Below, in pieces: positions 35,713 through 49,400 of a stretch of 64,000 nt of DNA. The stretch comes from Macrostomum hystrix. Lineage: Eukaryota; Animalia; Platyhelminthes. The number at the start of each line of letters is the position of its first letter. Position 1 is the stretch's first letter. The translations under genes were made by a program, and so were the position numbers. The stretch is from NCBI GenBank assembly GCA_950097015.1, contig CATNEN010000013.1:496001-560000 (forward strand), given 5' to 3'. Below the pieces are notes generated by a model that was not told the DNA's origin, made no database searches, and saw only the letters and a program-made list of their open reading frames with translations.

Positions 35713-38700
35713 TTAGGCGTTGCTACCCGAGGCATTCCTGCTGCCCTGCTCGCGACCACCGCGACCGACGCTGCCATTGATGTTCGGCCGATGCTGCTGC
35801 TGTTGTTGCTGCTGGACAGTAACGGCACCTGGCGAAGCCTTCCAGACGTTGCCACGGTGAAAGCCCGATCGGGAGCCACCTGCAAGGTCGTGCCCGACGG
35901 TCGAGTCTCGGTCGGAGGCTTCCAAAGAGGCCTCCATAGAAGCTGGCGCCGGCTGCGACTGGACTGCGCTGGCCACAGCCCGACGAACAGTGGTGGCCGA
36001 CGTTAGCGAAGTAGGCGAAGTCGGACAATCGGCAACGGTCTCACCAGCCGATGAGGCGGCGGCTGTTGCTGAAACGATGGCAGACACCGTGGCCACCTTT
36101 GAAGTAGTTGAGCCAGGCGGCACCGACTTCTTCAGAGCCGCGGCGTACGAAGTGCCACCGCCGCCACTTGCGCCTCCTGACTGCTGCTCCGGACTGGCGC
36201 CACCGTTGGCGGAGTCAGGCGAAGACTCGCCAGCAGAGGCGGCGGCAGTGGTTGCCACTACTGTCGCAGTCGCGGCAGTGCTTGCAATATTGCTCAAAAC
36301 TGGAAGACCACCACCGTTGCCTGCAGCGGCAAGGTCTGCGGAAATCTCAGGGAAGTCGTTCTCCTTCAGCCGGAATTCTGGCGGGCCCTGCGGCGCGTGA
36401 CCGGCGTGGTAGTCTCGGGCTGCTCCGCCGCCACGGCCACCACCTCGGCCGTATCCGTGACCTCGGCCTCCTCGACCGATGGCCGCTCGGCCGGGTGGTG
36501 GGCGATATTCATGGTGCTGCTGGTGCTGGTGATGCTGCGGCGGCTGAGGCTGCGACTGTGCCTGAGGCTGAGTTTGCTGCGGCTGTGCCTGTGTAGGAGG
36601 TGCCGCTCGTTGAGCTTGCACAGGAGCTGGGCCTGGTCCGGGCGCAGCGGACTCGTGTTCGTGAAAGGCCGCGTTCTGACTTACATGCCTGGCAAATCTA
36701 GGCGGCACCGTTTGCCTCTCGGCTCCGTGCCTACGATTCTGCATGGAATAAGGAGCATAGCCTCCCTGCTGACTATGCGGGTGATGCTGATGAGGATGTG
36801 AGTGCGGATGCTTGAACATGCGGTTTGGCGGCTGCTGCGGCGGCATATGGTGCTGCGGAGGTTGCGGCGGTGGCGGCGGAGGCGCAGCGGAACCAGTTGG
36901 AGAGTCCATAAGGCTGCAGAGCGGATAGGCTGAGCCATCTTGCTGAGCCATGATCGGCGAGCCGGTAAATAGCGCGGTTTTAGCGGCTGCTTCAGCTCCA
37001 GCCGGCGACTGAGCGACGGGGTCGGACAGCTGGCCCACAGTCAACTCGGTCTGGCCGCTGGAAGCAGCTACTGTCGCATCCGATACAGTCGGCATTGACG
37101 CCTTGATGCTCAGGGTTGTGGACATGCCGACTTCTGCTCTGGTCAGCTCCCACTGCGAGTCGGCAACCAGCGGATAGGCCTGCCATTTGCCCGGCACAGC
37201 GTACAGGCTCAGAGCGTGAGGACACGAGCACGGCCGCAGTTGGGACTCCCACTTGCGCTTGGCAGCGTCCACAGGATCCTCGGAGGCGGAGGTAGCCGCC
37301 GCATCGGCGACAACCTCAATAGCATCCGGGCCGAGGCAGAGCTTGGTGAATGCCAGCTTGTGCAGCAGGGAGTTCACTCGCTCGAAGCTGTCAGTATCCG
37401 GATAGATGACCAGCACTGAGGCGTGGTCAACAACCAGCTGCTCAGGCGGCCTGAGTTGGGGCAGCTCGGCAGGCAGGAAGCTGCAGAAGAACTCGTGCAG
37501 CTGCTCCAGTACGTGCTTCGCCTGGACCCGATAGCGCTGAGAAGGCTTCTGTTTGATATCGTCGCATAGAGTTTCAATTTTTTCGGGGCTGCGGCCTTGC
37601 ACACGAAGGATTGGACAAACCTGCAGAGCGTGCAGAATATCGGGAATCAATCGACATGTTCCAATCGTCACGTAACGATACTATTGTAATCTGGAAGGCT
37701 GGTTGGTGGACTGGAAACCTGTAATCTGGGAGACTGGTTGTTGGACTGGAATCCTGTAATCTGGAAGGCTGGTTGGTGGACTGGAATCCTGTAATCTGGG
37801 AGACTAATTGGTGGACTGGAATCCTGTAATCTGGGAGACTAATTGGTGGACTGGAATCCTGTAATCTGGAAGACTGGTTGTTGGACTGGAATCCTGTAAT
37901 CTGGGAGACTGGTTGTTGGACTGGAATCCTGTAATCTGGGAGACTGGTTGTTGGACTGGAATCCTGTAATCTGGGAGACTGGTTGTTGGACTGGAATCCT
38001 GTAATCCGGAGGGCTGGTTGGTGGACTGGAATCCTGTTATCTGGGAGACTGGTTGTTGGACTGGAATCCTGTATTCAGGAAGGCTGGTTGGTGGACTGGA
38101 ATTCCGTAATCTGGGAGACTAATTGGTGGACTGGAATCCTGTAATCTGGGAGACTAATTGGTGGACTGGAATCCTGTAATCTGGGAGACTAATTGGTGGA
38201 CTGGAATCCTGTAATCTGGGAGACTAATTGGTGGACTGGAATCCTGTAATCTGGGAGACTAATTGGTGGACTGGAATCCTGTAAAATGGGAGACTAATTG
38301 GTGGACTGGAATCCTGTAATCTGGGAGACTAATTGGTGGACTGGAATCCTGTAATCTGGGAGACTAATTGGTGGACTGGAATCCTGTAAAATGGGAGACT
38401 AATTGGTGGACTGGAATCCTGTAAAATGGGAGACTAATTGGTGGACTGGAATCCTGTAAAATGGGAGACTAATTGGTGGACTGGAATCCTGCAATCTGGG
38501 AGACTAATTGGTGGACTGGAATCCTGTAAAATGGGAGACTAATTGGTGGACTGGAATCCTGTAAAATGGGAGACTAATTGGTGGACTGGAATCCTGCAAT
38601 CTGGGAGACTGGTTGGTGGACTGGAATCCTGTAATCCGGGAGGCTGGTTGGTGGACTGGAATTCTGTTGTCTGCTGTCTGTCTGAGTTTTTTAGATAAAA

Positions 38701-40744
38701 TTTCTCTTAATTCCTGTGCATTGCGGTTATTTAATAGAGATCTGCTAATAAGTTCATCAACTTAAGTTTTTATTAAATAATTATTTTTTTAATGGCGTAG
38801 TTCGCAACATTTCTGCTTTTTAAGGTAGGTTTTTCTATAGAAAAATGCTTCTCAAGAAAACGCATTGATTTTATTTAGCTACAAGGCGCAACTCGCTTTT
38901 GAAATAATACCAGCCTGCAATCGACCAGTAAGTAGGCTAAACGTAGAGCCCGTTATTGGACAAGTAAAAAAACAACACTAGACTTGAAATCACGATTAGA
39001 GCATATAAAAAATGAAAGCTCATAGTTCATATCTAAGCCTTTAAATTCTCAATCAAATTAATTTCCCTGTTCTACAGCGCTTGCTGTGAAGCTACATCTA
39101 CAAATAGAGCTTAATACTTCCCGGCTGGATTTTTTAACATGATTTCATGATGATTTTGCATGAACATCGTTCTGTAAGCTATGAATTCTCTACTGAGTCC
39201 GCTATTAGGGCCGTAAATAAAGAACTCAAAGTGAAATAGCCTCACCTTCTGACGCAGCCGGCCGTCCACCACGCTAAATACGCAGGATTTCTCGTGAACC
39301 GCAACTTTCCATTCGTCGGCAGTGACGCTGCACTGGGCCAGATGGTGCAGAAAGCCGTACACTTTGCTTAGCTCGGCCTCGTGCTTCAGATCCGACAGTT
39401 GGCAAACATAGCTCCACACAACGGGTATGGTTAGAGCAATGTCTGTGTAGCGCCGAATTCGTTCCTGACGCTCCTCCGGCGTGATCTCCTCCTCGTCGTC
39501 AAGCTTCAGCATTAGTTTGCTAATCTGCTCGAGCGCCTGGTTAGTGTTCTGCTGCTTGGGCCTGCGTTGCGGCTGCTGCTGCTGCTGCTGCTGGTCTGGC
39601 TTGCCGTCAACAGATTCATTAGGCGATTGTTGTTGCTGTTGGTGATGCTGCTGCAAGCTATCTTGCCCAGCTTGTAGGCCATCAAGCGAAGCCTGATTAA
39701 AATAGTTTGCGGAGGAGGTCACAATTGAATTGGAATAGAGGCTCTCCATACCGCCAGGCGGACTCTGCTGCGATTGCTGGTGCTGGTGCTGCTGATGCTG
39801 AGACGCGTAAATACCATACGCCGCTTGCTGGTGAGCAGGTATCACTGAGGCGTGCTGCGGATAAGCATAGGGATAGCTATAGTGCTGCTGTTGGTGCTGA
39901 TCAATAGAGTCATGCTGCATTGGGAACAGTAGCGGGTCCTGGTCTTGCAGAGCCACCATGTAGGGCTGTTGGAACATGTAGCCATTGCTAAACACCGGAA
40001 CCTGACGGTTGAGATAAAGGAAGCATAGATTTTAAAGTGCAAATCATAAGAAAAACAGTTGAACATAATAAAATACAAGACCGAGATATTTAAATAAGCA
40101 TTGTTTGAAAACAATGCAACGCTAATAAAGAGGACAAGTAAAAAAGAGCTTTTTACTGATGTTAAAGTGGCACAAAAATAAATGCACGCGAACATACGTT
40201 ATTAGAGACAGGTGGAAAATGCAATAATATTTTATTTAGACTCAATTCGATGCCTATCTACGAGCTAGTTATGTAACTCGCGTGTTTCAATTCTAACGAT
40301 AACAGATGACAAAATTTGACGCCTGGCTTTTTGGCGTCAAGTAAATCGGGTTCCTAAATGACAGCGACGCCTAACCTGATGTAAAGCGGCGGTGGTCTCA
40401 GGCCCTTGCAGTGTTGCCATGGTGACGGCAGGGCCGGCATGCGCAATGGCGCCATAGTCGGTCTGGAAGTAGCCAGCCGTGCTCAAATCGGGCGTTGTCG
40501 GCCCAATGGGAACCGAATGGGGAGTCCACATTGCGTGAGGATTCGACGAAGTGCCGGACGCTGTACGGGATTTATAATGCGACTGATGACTAGATGCAGT
40601 TGCAGCGGCGGCTGCTGCTGCTGCGGCGGCCTCGCCAGCGCTCGAGTTACCGGGACTCTGAGACACGCACAGGATCATGCTGTTATCGGCCAGGTAGTAA
40701 ATATCTCCAGGACTGAGACTGTGCGGCAGCACCACAGACGCCAT
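35713..40744 (-). CDS. Unidentified Q/H/A-rich low-complexity protein with RGG box, about 1010-1030 aa
   Basis: Exons 40744-40376 (CAG|GTTAGG), 40001-39246 (AAG|GTGAGG) and 37620 (or 37680)-35713, all phase 0. The protein has poly-Q, a folded-looking central region, GRGGRGHGYGRGGGRGGG, FRLKENDFPEI and SYAAALKK. Confidence 0.75.
37684..38667 (+). repeat. 35-bp intronic minisatellite abutting a 3' splice site
   Basis: (GGACTGGAATCCTGTAATCTGGGAGACTAATTGGT)n, about 28 units. It ends a few nt before the - strand acceptor at 37681-37682. Confidence 0.95.
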
Positions 40745-43169
40745 TTAGAGGCTACGCGACGAAGGCCGAGATTGCGGGGAAGGTAAGGACCCCCTTGACA
40801 ATGGGGAGGGGTCTTCCTTCGAAAGTTGGGAGCTGTTCTTTCGAAAGCCCGCAGTAGAATGGCGACCGAGACAATCAGAGTTGGTTCTTCTTCCCGAAGA
40901 AAGTAAAAGGAAAAAGGAAAATTGTATTTATGAGAATGTGGAGTGAGGAGTAAGAAATGATCTCAGTACAGGAGGAGTGGGGCAGAGGGAGAGAACTTAA
41001 CGCGCCGATTCAATCCACCGCGCTGACTTTCGTACGCTCCGTCCTTGAAGAACACTTTGCCGCCTTTTCTCTGTTTTTTCTCTTTTCGTTTCGCACAATA
41101 AAATAATGATTCAGCTCTTAAAGCTCGCCAGCCTGACGTTGGCCTTCTGTCCTCGTACGCCCAGAGGCGGTGGAGCGGTTTGGCCGTTTAGTAGCGTGCT
41201 AGTTGGTCGCGGAGCGAATTTAGTTTAAATATGGCTTTGGAAAAATTTAAGCGAAAGGGGGAGGAGAGGAGGAAGGGAAAATATAACGAAAGAGAAGAGG
41301 GTGCGTTTAAGCGTTGCAACACAGAGGGAGGGGGTTGGGGCCAAGTCAAGGCTGCCAACCCCAGCACGGACGCCGTTCGGTTGCACACAACATGCGCGCG
41401 AAGCATGCAAGCAAGATTTAGAGGGCCGGGATAGCTTTGCCTCAAATATTTGCGGCACACCCAGCAGAACTGATGCCAATATAGGGGGAGAGATAGAGAC
41501 GGGGTAGGAGGCGGGGGGCGCCCAACGGTTGGAAGCAAGGTTCAGAGAGGGGAGTGGGGTAGGGGTAGGTCGAGCTGGAAGCAGCAAAACTGGCGATAAT
41601 GCCCCAAAGGAGGGGAGAGCGCATAGGAGCGCACAAAGCAACACGCGGAGTCCTCCGATTCTCCCCTACTTCCCCATCCCGTCAGCCGGTGCTCCCCTTT
41701 CTCCCTTACCCTTTCCCAAGAATTTCCTATTTAACAAAGTCTTATATAGTCCAGCCTTCCTCCTTCCTACACTCCCGAGTCCAGTCTGTACGCTCACAGC
41801 CTTAGAGGCAATGGCCACGAGGAGGCGGGGGGGACAGGGGCCGGAAGGCAAGACAAGAAGGGGTGCAGACGCTTCAAATTTAGGCGAGGTCGCGCTTGAT
41901 ATGAAGCTGCCGAGGGCGAAGGGGGTTGGCTAGCTGAGGAAGAAGGGCCGGCTCTCTCTCCACTGTGAAAAGCCCCTCTCCTCCTCTCCTTGCCTCTCTT
42001 CCCCTTTACCCGCTCTTTAAGCCGGCCCCGCAAGCCAAGCTAATGCGTACAGCGAGAGGCGAGGAGCGAAAAACAAGAGCGAAGCAAGGGCAACAGCGAG
42101 GAAGCCGCTGCTTAGGCCTCTTAAAATGGCATGTACAGTTGGCGAGAGGGCGGCAGAGAGATGGGGACGTTGAAGATTGGGGATAGAAATAAACTGAAGA
42201 GTCCTCGCAACGGCGAGGGGTCGAGGCGCACAGATAGTCGGGGCAGCTATTCTAACAGGAGGGGCAGAGCTGCAGAGTGGAAGGATTATTATTAAAATAA
42301 TGCGGACTGCTGAAGGCCAGACGGCACATTGGATAGGGGAAGGTGGCATATGCAGGGGCAGAACAGAGGCCAGTAGGGAGCGGGGAGAAATAAGCGACCC
42401 ATCGCCCTAAAGCCGAAAAGGATGAGTGTTTGGACTAGGACAAGGAGGATGAGGGAATGGGAGAATGGGTTAGAAAACCGGCTAAGGGGATACGATGTTC
42501 GCTCTTACTCCGCCCTCAAGGCACTGCTATAGTCTCAGCCAATATATTGTCATGCAGCCTCATGCATTCTCCACCAACAGAATGACGCTGTAACGGCTAA
42601 GACTGTGTAGTGAGTGAGGGGGGGGGGTAGAAAAGACACAGAACAGCCGGATTTTGCCGGATTGTGTAGGCCAAATAGTGACAAACGGAGAGTAAGTTAC
42701 AAACAAAATCAAGAGATAACCAAAACCGAATAGCAAATTGAAATGGTGACCCTCGCCCGCCAACATACAAAGGAGTGTGGAACAGTAGCTATGCAAATAA
42801 GCGCCTTGGATAGAGTATATGTAAACCTTGAGAAGCTTGTGTCTTATCGCAAGAAGTACAGATATGATCTTCGGAGATGAGAATATATAGGCCGTCAAAA
42901 TTTAGCAATACTGTGTGAACTTTCCTAGCGCGATGGTCAAACTAACTAAGTGCTTCTTCTCTAGCAGAGAGATGCACAAAAGATTTACTCTGATGAAATA
43001 AAAACACTATTGATATTCGTAAATATTTTTTTAATTACAAAAGTCAATGGAGATGACACACATACTTCTGTTCCAGATAATTACATAATTGATTAAACAA
43101 CACGATAAGTCAATATTGTTAACTTAAACTTCTCGACTAAGAACAATGGCAAGATAAGCACAAACTAAC

Positions 43170-43283
43170 CTGGCTGCCAGGATGATGCTGATAATGACTA
43201 GCCGCGTGCACATAATGCTGCGGATAGAAAGCAGCATCAGCCGGATAGCCTAGCAGCGGGTGCGGCAATTGTGACTGGTGCAT
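43170..43283 (-). CDS. Alternative first coding exon of the 35713-40744 gene (MHQSQLPHPLLGYPADAAFYPQHYVHAASHYQHHPGSQ)
   Basis: Exon 43311-43170 has a TTAATTACAG acceptor and a CAG|GTTAGT donor. ATG to donor is 114 nt (phase 0), matching the phase-0 acceptor at 40001. An upstream UTR exon at about 43629-43495 ends in AAC|GTAAGT. Confidence 0.55.
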
Positions 43284-45534
43284 GGCGTGCCTGTTTCTTG
43301 AGCGGCGATTCCTGTAATTAAAGAAGCAGCATTCATCATTCGCTCCATTTGAGAGAGCTAATTTTTTTTTATTTATAGCATCGCGCTTTTAACAGAAACA
43401 TTCATCTACAATAAAAAAAGCAATATGCCTACTTCAAGTACTAGAAATGGAGTCTCTTTACTTTCAAGTTAAAATGAAAATTAAAAAGACTTACGTTAAG
43501 CCCTCTATTGTTGGTTTAGCGCGTGGCAACAAAGAAATGACAAATTGGTGGTGAACAAAATGAGCGTTTTGTTGAACCAATGTCGCAAAAGCACCAGATT
43601 TTTTTGTGTGTAGAAAACTCCAATGCGACCTGAAATATTTCAGATAAAATCTAGCATCAAATACACTAGCAACATGCCAATTGCAAAAGTATAGTTAGCA
43701 GTATAACTTTTTAGAAATATAATATGCTATATTGCTAATGATATGAAGAGTGCTTGGTGTTTTAAATGCTCTGTAAAGCTATTCATGATTGGTCACTAGC
43801 TATGCTATTCCTGTCTACCCCACTCTCTCTCTGAATGTAGACAATTTAAATATAATAAAGGTATATCTGCATGGGATCTAGATTATTGCTAAGCCACAAA
43901 AAGTTTGTTGCATTGAGATAATTATTAAAATTGAGATGATATGAGAACAGGCCTCTCAAGCTGTTAAAATTGGCATTGAGTTGTTTGTAAAAAATCAATA
44001 GACAGTAACTCTTAGCAAATGTGACAAAGACAGACATTTGTCTCAGTTTAGTATAGTATATAGAAAGTGGTTAGTGTAAACCCAATAGACCATAGTGGGA
44101 CTACAACAGGAACATTTTCAATAAGTATTGAATATCTTTTATCATATATTGATCAGTGCTACAACCATAAAGAATTACTGTCTATTTAATTTTATACCAT
44201 TAACTAAAAGATAAAATTATAAAAAAATTATATTAAAAACATATTCTCAAAACTTGCATTAAGGAGACTAGGGCTTGCAGGGTATATATTACATATCAAT
44301 AACATTATATCAATATCTAGATGTTAAATAAATTAGACCCTGCATAGCATTTAAGGTTTGATTACTTTTGATCCATTAGAGTCCATTGCAGTTGGTTTCT
44401 GTGTTTACATAGACTCAATAGATGGCACAATATTTGAATACACTAGATTACCAATACATACTAGGCCCTGTAGCTAGCCTAGAAATAATTAATTAACTAA
44501 CAAGTTATTTTTTACATTAGAAAAAGAATAATAAATCAAGTAAAGCTTGAGAAAGGGCATATAGTAGAAAACTAATGTATTGTTAAAAACCTTAATCCAT
44601 TGCTTTCAACTAAAGACAAGGCTATTGCAAAAAAAAAAATCTATATCATCAATATATTGTGTCAATATTTTCTGCCTATCTGTTCAGTGCATTTTCTTTC
44701 CAGTGGAGGGTTGGTATTCTGTTTAAAAGCAGGGCAGAGAGGAGGCCATTGACACATTTTACCGGTGTCTGCTATTGAGTTCAAGAACAATAATTTATTT
44801 GTTTAGTAACAAATTGTATATTTGGCTAAGACACTGCTAACATTGGCAGGCCTCTTGGTGAAGGTAGAGAAGAATTTACTTCTGAAATGGCTGGCTTATT
44901 TGGGCAGGAAAACTGCAAAATTTTAACTCTGAATGGTGCTTTTGTTTTTTTAGATTGCTGGACCAGATGTATATTGCTAGAAAGATCATGGATTTCTGAT
45001 TTGAATTATTATTTCTTAATTCTGAAATTTTAGTATGCTATAGCAGAGTAATTTTTGTGGACTTTGAATTGTTTTTAACTAATAGAACAATGTCTTGGCA
45101 AGACTGCACAAAGGAGTGAGAAAATGTCAACCAATACGTTTTAGCACATTATTACTGCCAGATTGTACTGGGGCAAAGTTTGTTGGCAGTCAGTCTAGAC
45201 AGTGAGGTCTGATTTTATTAATGAGAAAAATATGCATTTATAAGGCAGAGAGATAAGCTATATTACATTTTATTTCATGAAATTTACATAGCTGACTAGG
45301 TAGAGAAAGGAGTGTGCTGTCTACTACTAAGTAGGGTCTATTTGATTAGATTAGCCTAGTAATCAGGATTCTTACTTTGGAAGGGGAGGCAAGCTATTAA
45401 AATTTAATTTATTGAAATTGAAAACTCTGACCAGGTAATGTTTATGAAAGGTGCTTATGAAAAGGGCTGTCCTAGATAACTACTGTCCTCAAATGGAATA
45501 CACTGAGTTTGCCAGATTTAAGGTCTGGTTTTTT

Positions 45535-46415
45535 CTTACATACATGCGCAACACCTGGCCAACCCGGCCGGGTGAAACAAGGGCCAAGCAAGGTAAGTCG
45601 CAAAAACCAATCGACCAAGCGCAAAAAAATCAAAGGGGGGACCAAGGGACAAAAAAGGAAGGTGTGAAGAAAAGGAAAAAGGGGAGAGAAAAAGAGAGCA
45701 AAAGAGAGCAAACTAAGTCACACTGCCAGCTAAGATTTGGGAGGTTACGCATGCATGTTTTTCTAAGCTTTGATTGAATTTCACAAATGGAATTTATACA
45801 ATTGGAGTTCATTCCCCATAGTATTCTCGAAAGGAGAGGTTCTAACTTATAATTCTAAAATATTTAAATTTTGTATATCACTAACTAGCTTTTTACAATT
45901 TACAATTTCTGTCTAGAGCCTTGTATAGGTATTGAATCTCAGATGAAAAGTTTTTCTTTTTAAAGCAGATGAGCTAAGAGAAATAAATTAGCAATCCTCT
46001 ATTTTTGCATATTTTATGAAATTGTTTATATAATAGATAACTTTCTGAGCTACAGCATACCACAAGTGAATACTTAAATTCTAGAAAGCAGAGCCCAAAC
46101 CAAAGAGAGAAGAGAAAGGATAACAAGGACTAAGAACATACATGCTCAACACCCGGCCGACCCGGCCAAACGGCCTAGGTGAAACGAGGGTCAAGCAAGG
46201 TAAGTCGCAAAAACCAATCGACCAAGCGCAAAAAAAACAAAGAGGGGACCAAGGGACAAAAAAGGAAGGCGTGAAGAAAAGGAAAAAGGGGAAAGAAAAA
46301 GAGAGCAAATGAGAACAAACTAAGTCATAAATCGAGCAATGAAATGAACTAAGTCACAAATGAGAGCAAAAACTAAGTCACACGGCCAGCTAAGATTTGG
46401 GAGGTTGCACATGTA
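45535..46415 (+). repeat. Two diverged copies of a roughly 230-bp purine-rich segment
   Basis: 45538-45760 and 46138-46415 share CAAGCAAGGTAAGTCGCAAAAACCAATCGACCAAGCGC...GCCAGCTAAGATTTGGGAGG. Confidence 0.85.
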
Positions 46416-49400
46416 TGACTAAGAAGGAAAGATTTTTTTTCTTACCTTGTTGGTTGTTAGGCCCTAATAATAAGCTTAATAAATTGTCTTGCCTTGTTCC
46501 CTTTGGCAACATTCTTTTATTAGTGGCGCACCACTAGTACTACTACAATGAGATAAACTGTCAGTGCACACTATTCTGCATCTGCACCCTATTCCACATG
46601 CTAGTTTTACTTGTTTAACAAAGAGCACTAGTTTTACAAGAATAAACACTAGGCCTAGCTTTAATCTTAGAGGAGTACCTACTAGTGCTACATAAGTAAG
46701 GTGCAATGTAATACAATATTTGCAAATTCATATGGTCTTCCTTGCCCCTTACATAATGTGCAGAATAGCATTTGGAATAGAATGCAGTGAAAATGTAATG
46801 CATGTACAATATGCAGTGAAAATTTAATGCATGTACTACATTTTCAATTTCACTACCATTACATCTAAGTGGATTTTTGGCTGTTATTTGAATCGTTGCT
46901 AGACATTGTTTATATTTTTTACTATACAGAGGTCATTGAAACTTTCGTCATCAAATCAGTTTGAATTAAGGCAGTTGTTATTTGTCCGGTTGAATTAAAC
47001 CTTGAATTAAACATGCAAAACTAAACAAGAGGATTGCCAAGAAATCGAATGACAAGAAACACATTATGTTCTAAAATGTGTAAGATTTTTAGGAAAGTGT
47101 AATCACTTAACTAATACCAGTTCTTATTTGAATAGCCATCTTACAGCGACGCAAATATAGGATATTGCTTATGTGCATGTGCATCTAGGCCAATTCGAAA
47201 CTTGACATGACATAGCTACTATTCAAGCTTGTAGTTAAAAAAAGGCAGTATTTTTAAAAAAAAAATTCTCTTGCAGGGCATTTTTGTCTTTTTGGTTAAA
47301 GTATAAAGGGATTTTCGTTTTGTATTTCGTTGTCAAATTTGTCATTTAAAAGTTGAAAGAGCTGAAGATGATTGAAATGGTCTAATACTAGTAATAGAGT
47401 TTTAGGGGATGTATAAAAATCAAATACAAACTAAGCCACAAAACGATATTGAAATATCAGTATTTTTCTATATATCGATACACCTGTTCAGTCCAAAAGG
47501 AGATTTAAATTGCATTAAACTATTATTTGTTGCTCATAGCGCAGGTAGGCCACCAGTGATCATGGAGGTAAAATCCAGAATTAAAAACGAACGTATTATT
47601 TTGAGCTGTTGTTTTTCCTTATCTACTATATATTAGTCTTATATTTTTATATCAGTGCTGTATTCAAAAGTTCTTTTTCTCGTTGTCCTTGTCATATAAA
47701 GTAAACGTTTTTGTTATAATTATTTTAAAAACCTCGGACTTTTTTATGTGTACCTCTGTATTCAAAAGCAGTGCAAAATTTAGTAGTTTGCTTATATTAT
47801 TAGGACATTTGTCTTTACTATAGTAGTTATTCGTTCATCATTTCTGTCTTAGTGAAGAGCTTTCATTGTTCTATTCCATTGGTATTTTCGCAGCTAGAAG
47901 AGGATGGCCACAAAAATGTCTCTAAAGATAAACAAATCGCGTAATTTTGCCAGAAAGCTGCACATAACATGTGTTTTATTACTCAATTCGTTCGTGTTTG
48001 TTACCAATATTTTTTTGCGACTTACACTTGGTATGAGGAACAATGCGCGCAATCAATTTGTAAAGTCTTACTGCACAGAACAAAAATTCAATCTTCAACA
48101 GTAGCTGAATCAGCTCGGTCATTAAACATGATTTAACTACTAAATTCATTATGGAATGTACATGATGCACATATGTAAGTTAAAAAGTCAACTGCCTTTA
48201 CATGCAGTTTATACTGCAATATTTATTATAATAACAATGTGACTCCCAATCCATGCATATATATTCGTGATACACATGCAATTTTGCACAAAAATTTGGA
48301 TCATAATTTTCTTCGCCCACTACTTAACGTCAGTAGTAAAGTGCTAATCGGGCTGCAGCTTTTCGCCAGTCTGGGCAAGAATTATTTGGCGTCTCATCCG
48401 CGGGGGCACCCCCGCCCGCGGTGTTATGCAGCCCCGCGCGGATGGGCCTCCGCCCGGCCGCAGTTGCTGGGGTGACACACCCTGATCGCTGCTTTGCCCC
48501 ATCCACGCCCAAAGGGGAAAGGGGGGGACTGCAGTGCAGGATTGGGGAGAGAAAAGAGAGGGTGGAGCGGGGAGAAGGAGTGCGAGGTGGGGATACGGAG
48601 CCCGATACCGAACGAGTCCCGGCAGCAGCGGGGAAGCCGGAGGAGGCGCTGCAGTCCTGCACTTTTGCGCATTGATCGCATTCCACACCGACGCCGATCC
48701 TCAGACTTCTCTCTCCCCACCGTGCGCTCGCTAGCCACTATTCTCCCCACAGCCTTCCAGCTCTTTTTTGTCTCCTTCACTCTCCCTTTTGCTTCGCGCT
48801 CTTTCTTCCCATTCTCTCTCCGATCCCTCCCTCTCTCTCTTTAGGTCAAAGCATTGCAGCGGCCCCGGCACTGGCTGAGGATTCTGATAACATGCAGTTA
48901 TCCCAGCCTAGTATATGTGCATTTCAATTTCTGCCCCGTGCCTATCGGTCTGTCTCGGTCTCGCTTATTTTCCATCTCTCCAAATATCTCTCTATCCCTT
49001 TCTCTTGGTTGTCTCTGACGCGTTGGCCTAAGGCACTAGCCAGCAGCAGTGGGCCTGAACAGCAGGACCTGCAGAAACATTGCTGATACTTATACTGCCA
49101 CAGACAGGGACTAAAATTGGGAACACTTTGGAGCCATTTTTTACACATCCGGCGGGGGGAGAGGAAAAGATGAACAGGTAGTTCTATTCCCCAGAATGCA
49201 CTTCTGGGCGCCGTTGTGTTCAGACATGTGGAATGTCTGAATAACGTACTTACCCGCGGCCTTATTATCAGGCCATAAGCCAGCGTATAATGGGTATTAT
49301 AGTAGCCAACTTGTGCCTTCCCTCCTATAATGGCAAACTATTCAGATGAAACAATCTTGGAGAGTTGCCAAAAGTCTAACAAGTTCCCACTGTGGCTGAG

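Noticed and set aside
26765-37604. Antisense and alternate-frame ORFs overlapping MTHFR and the RGG gene
   Set aside because: They are shadow ORFs expected from GC-rich codon usage.
39111-39245. ORF tail VRLFHFEFF...NPAGKY as coding
   Set aside because: A strong phase-0 donor (AAG|GTGAGG) at 39246 matches the next exon, so the tail is most likely intron read-through.
45538-46415. Spliced-leader RNA genes
   Set aside because: There is a donor site, but no AUG-terminated leader exon (typical of flatworm leaders) and no evident U-rich Sm site downstream.
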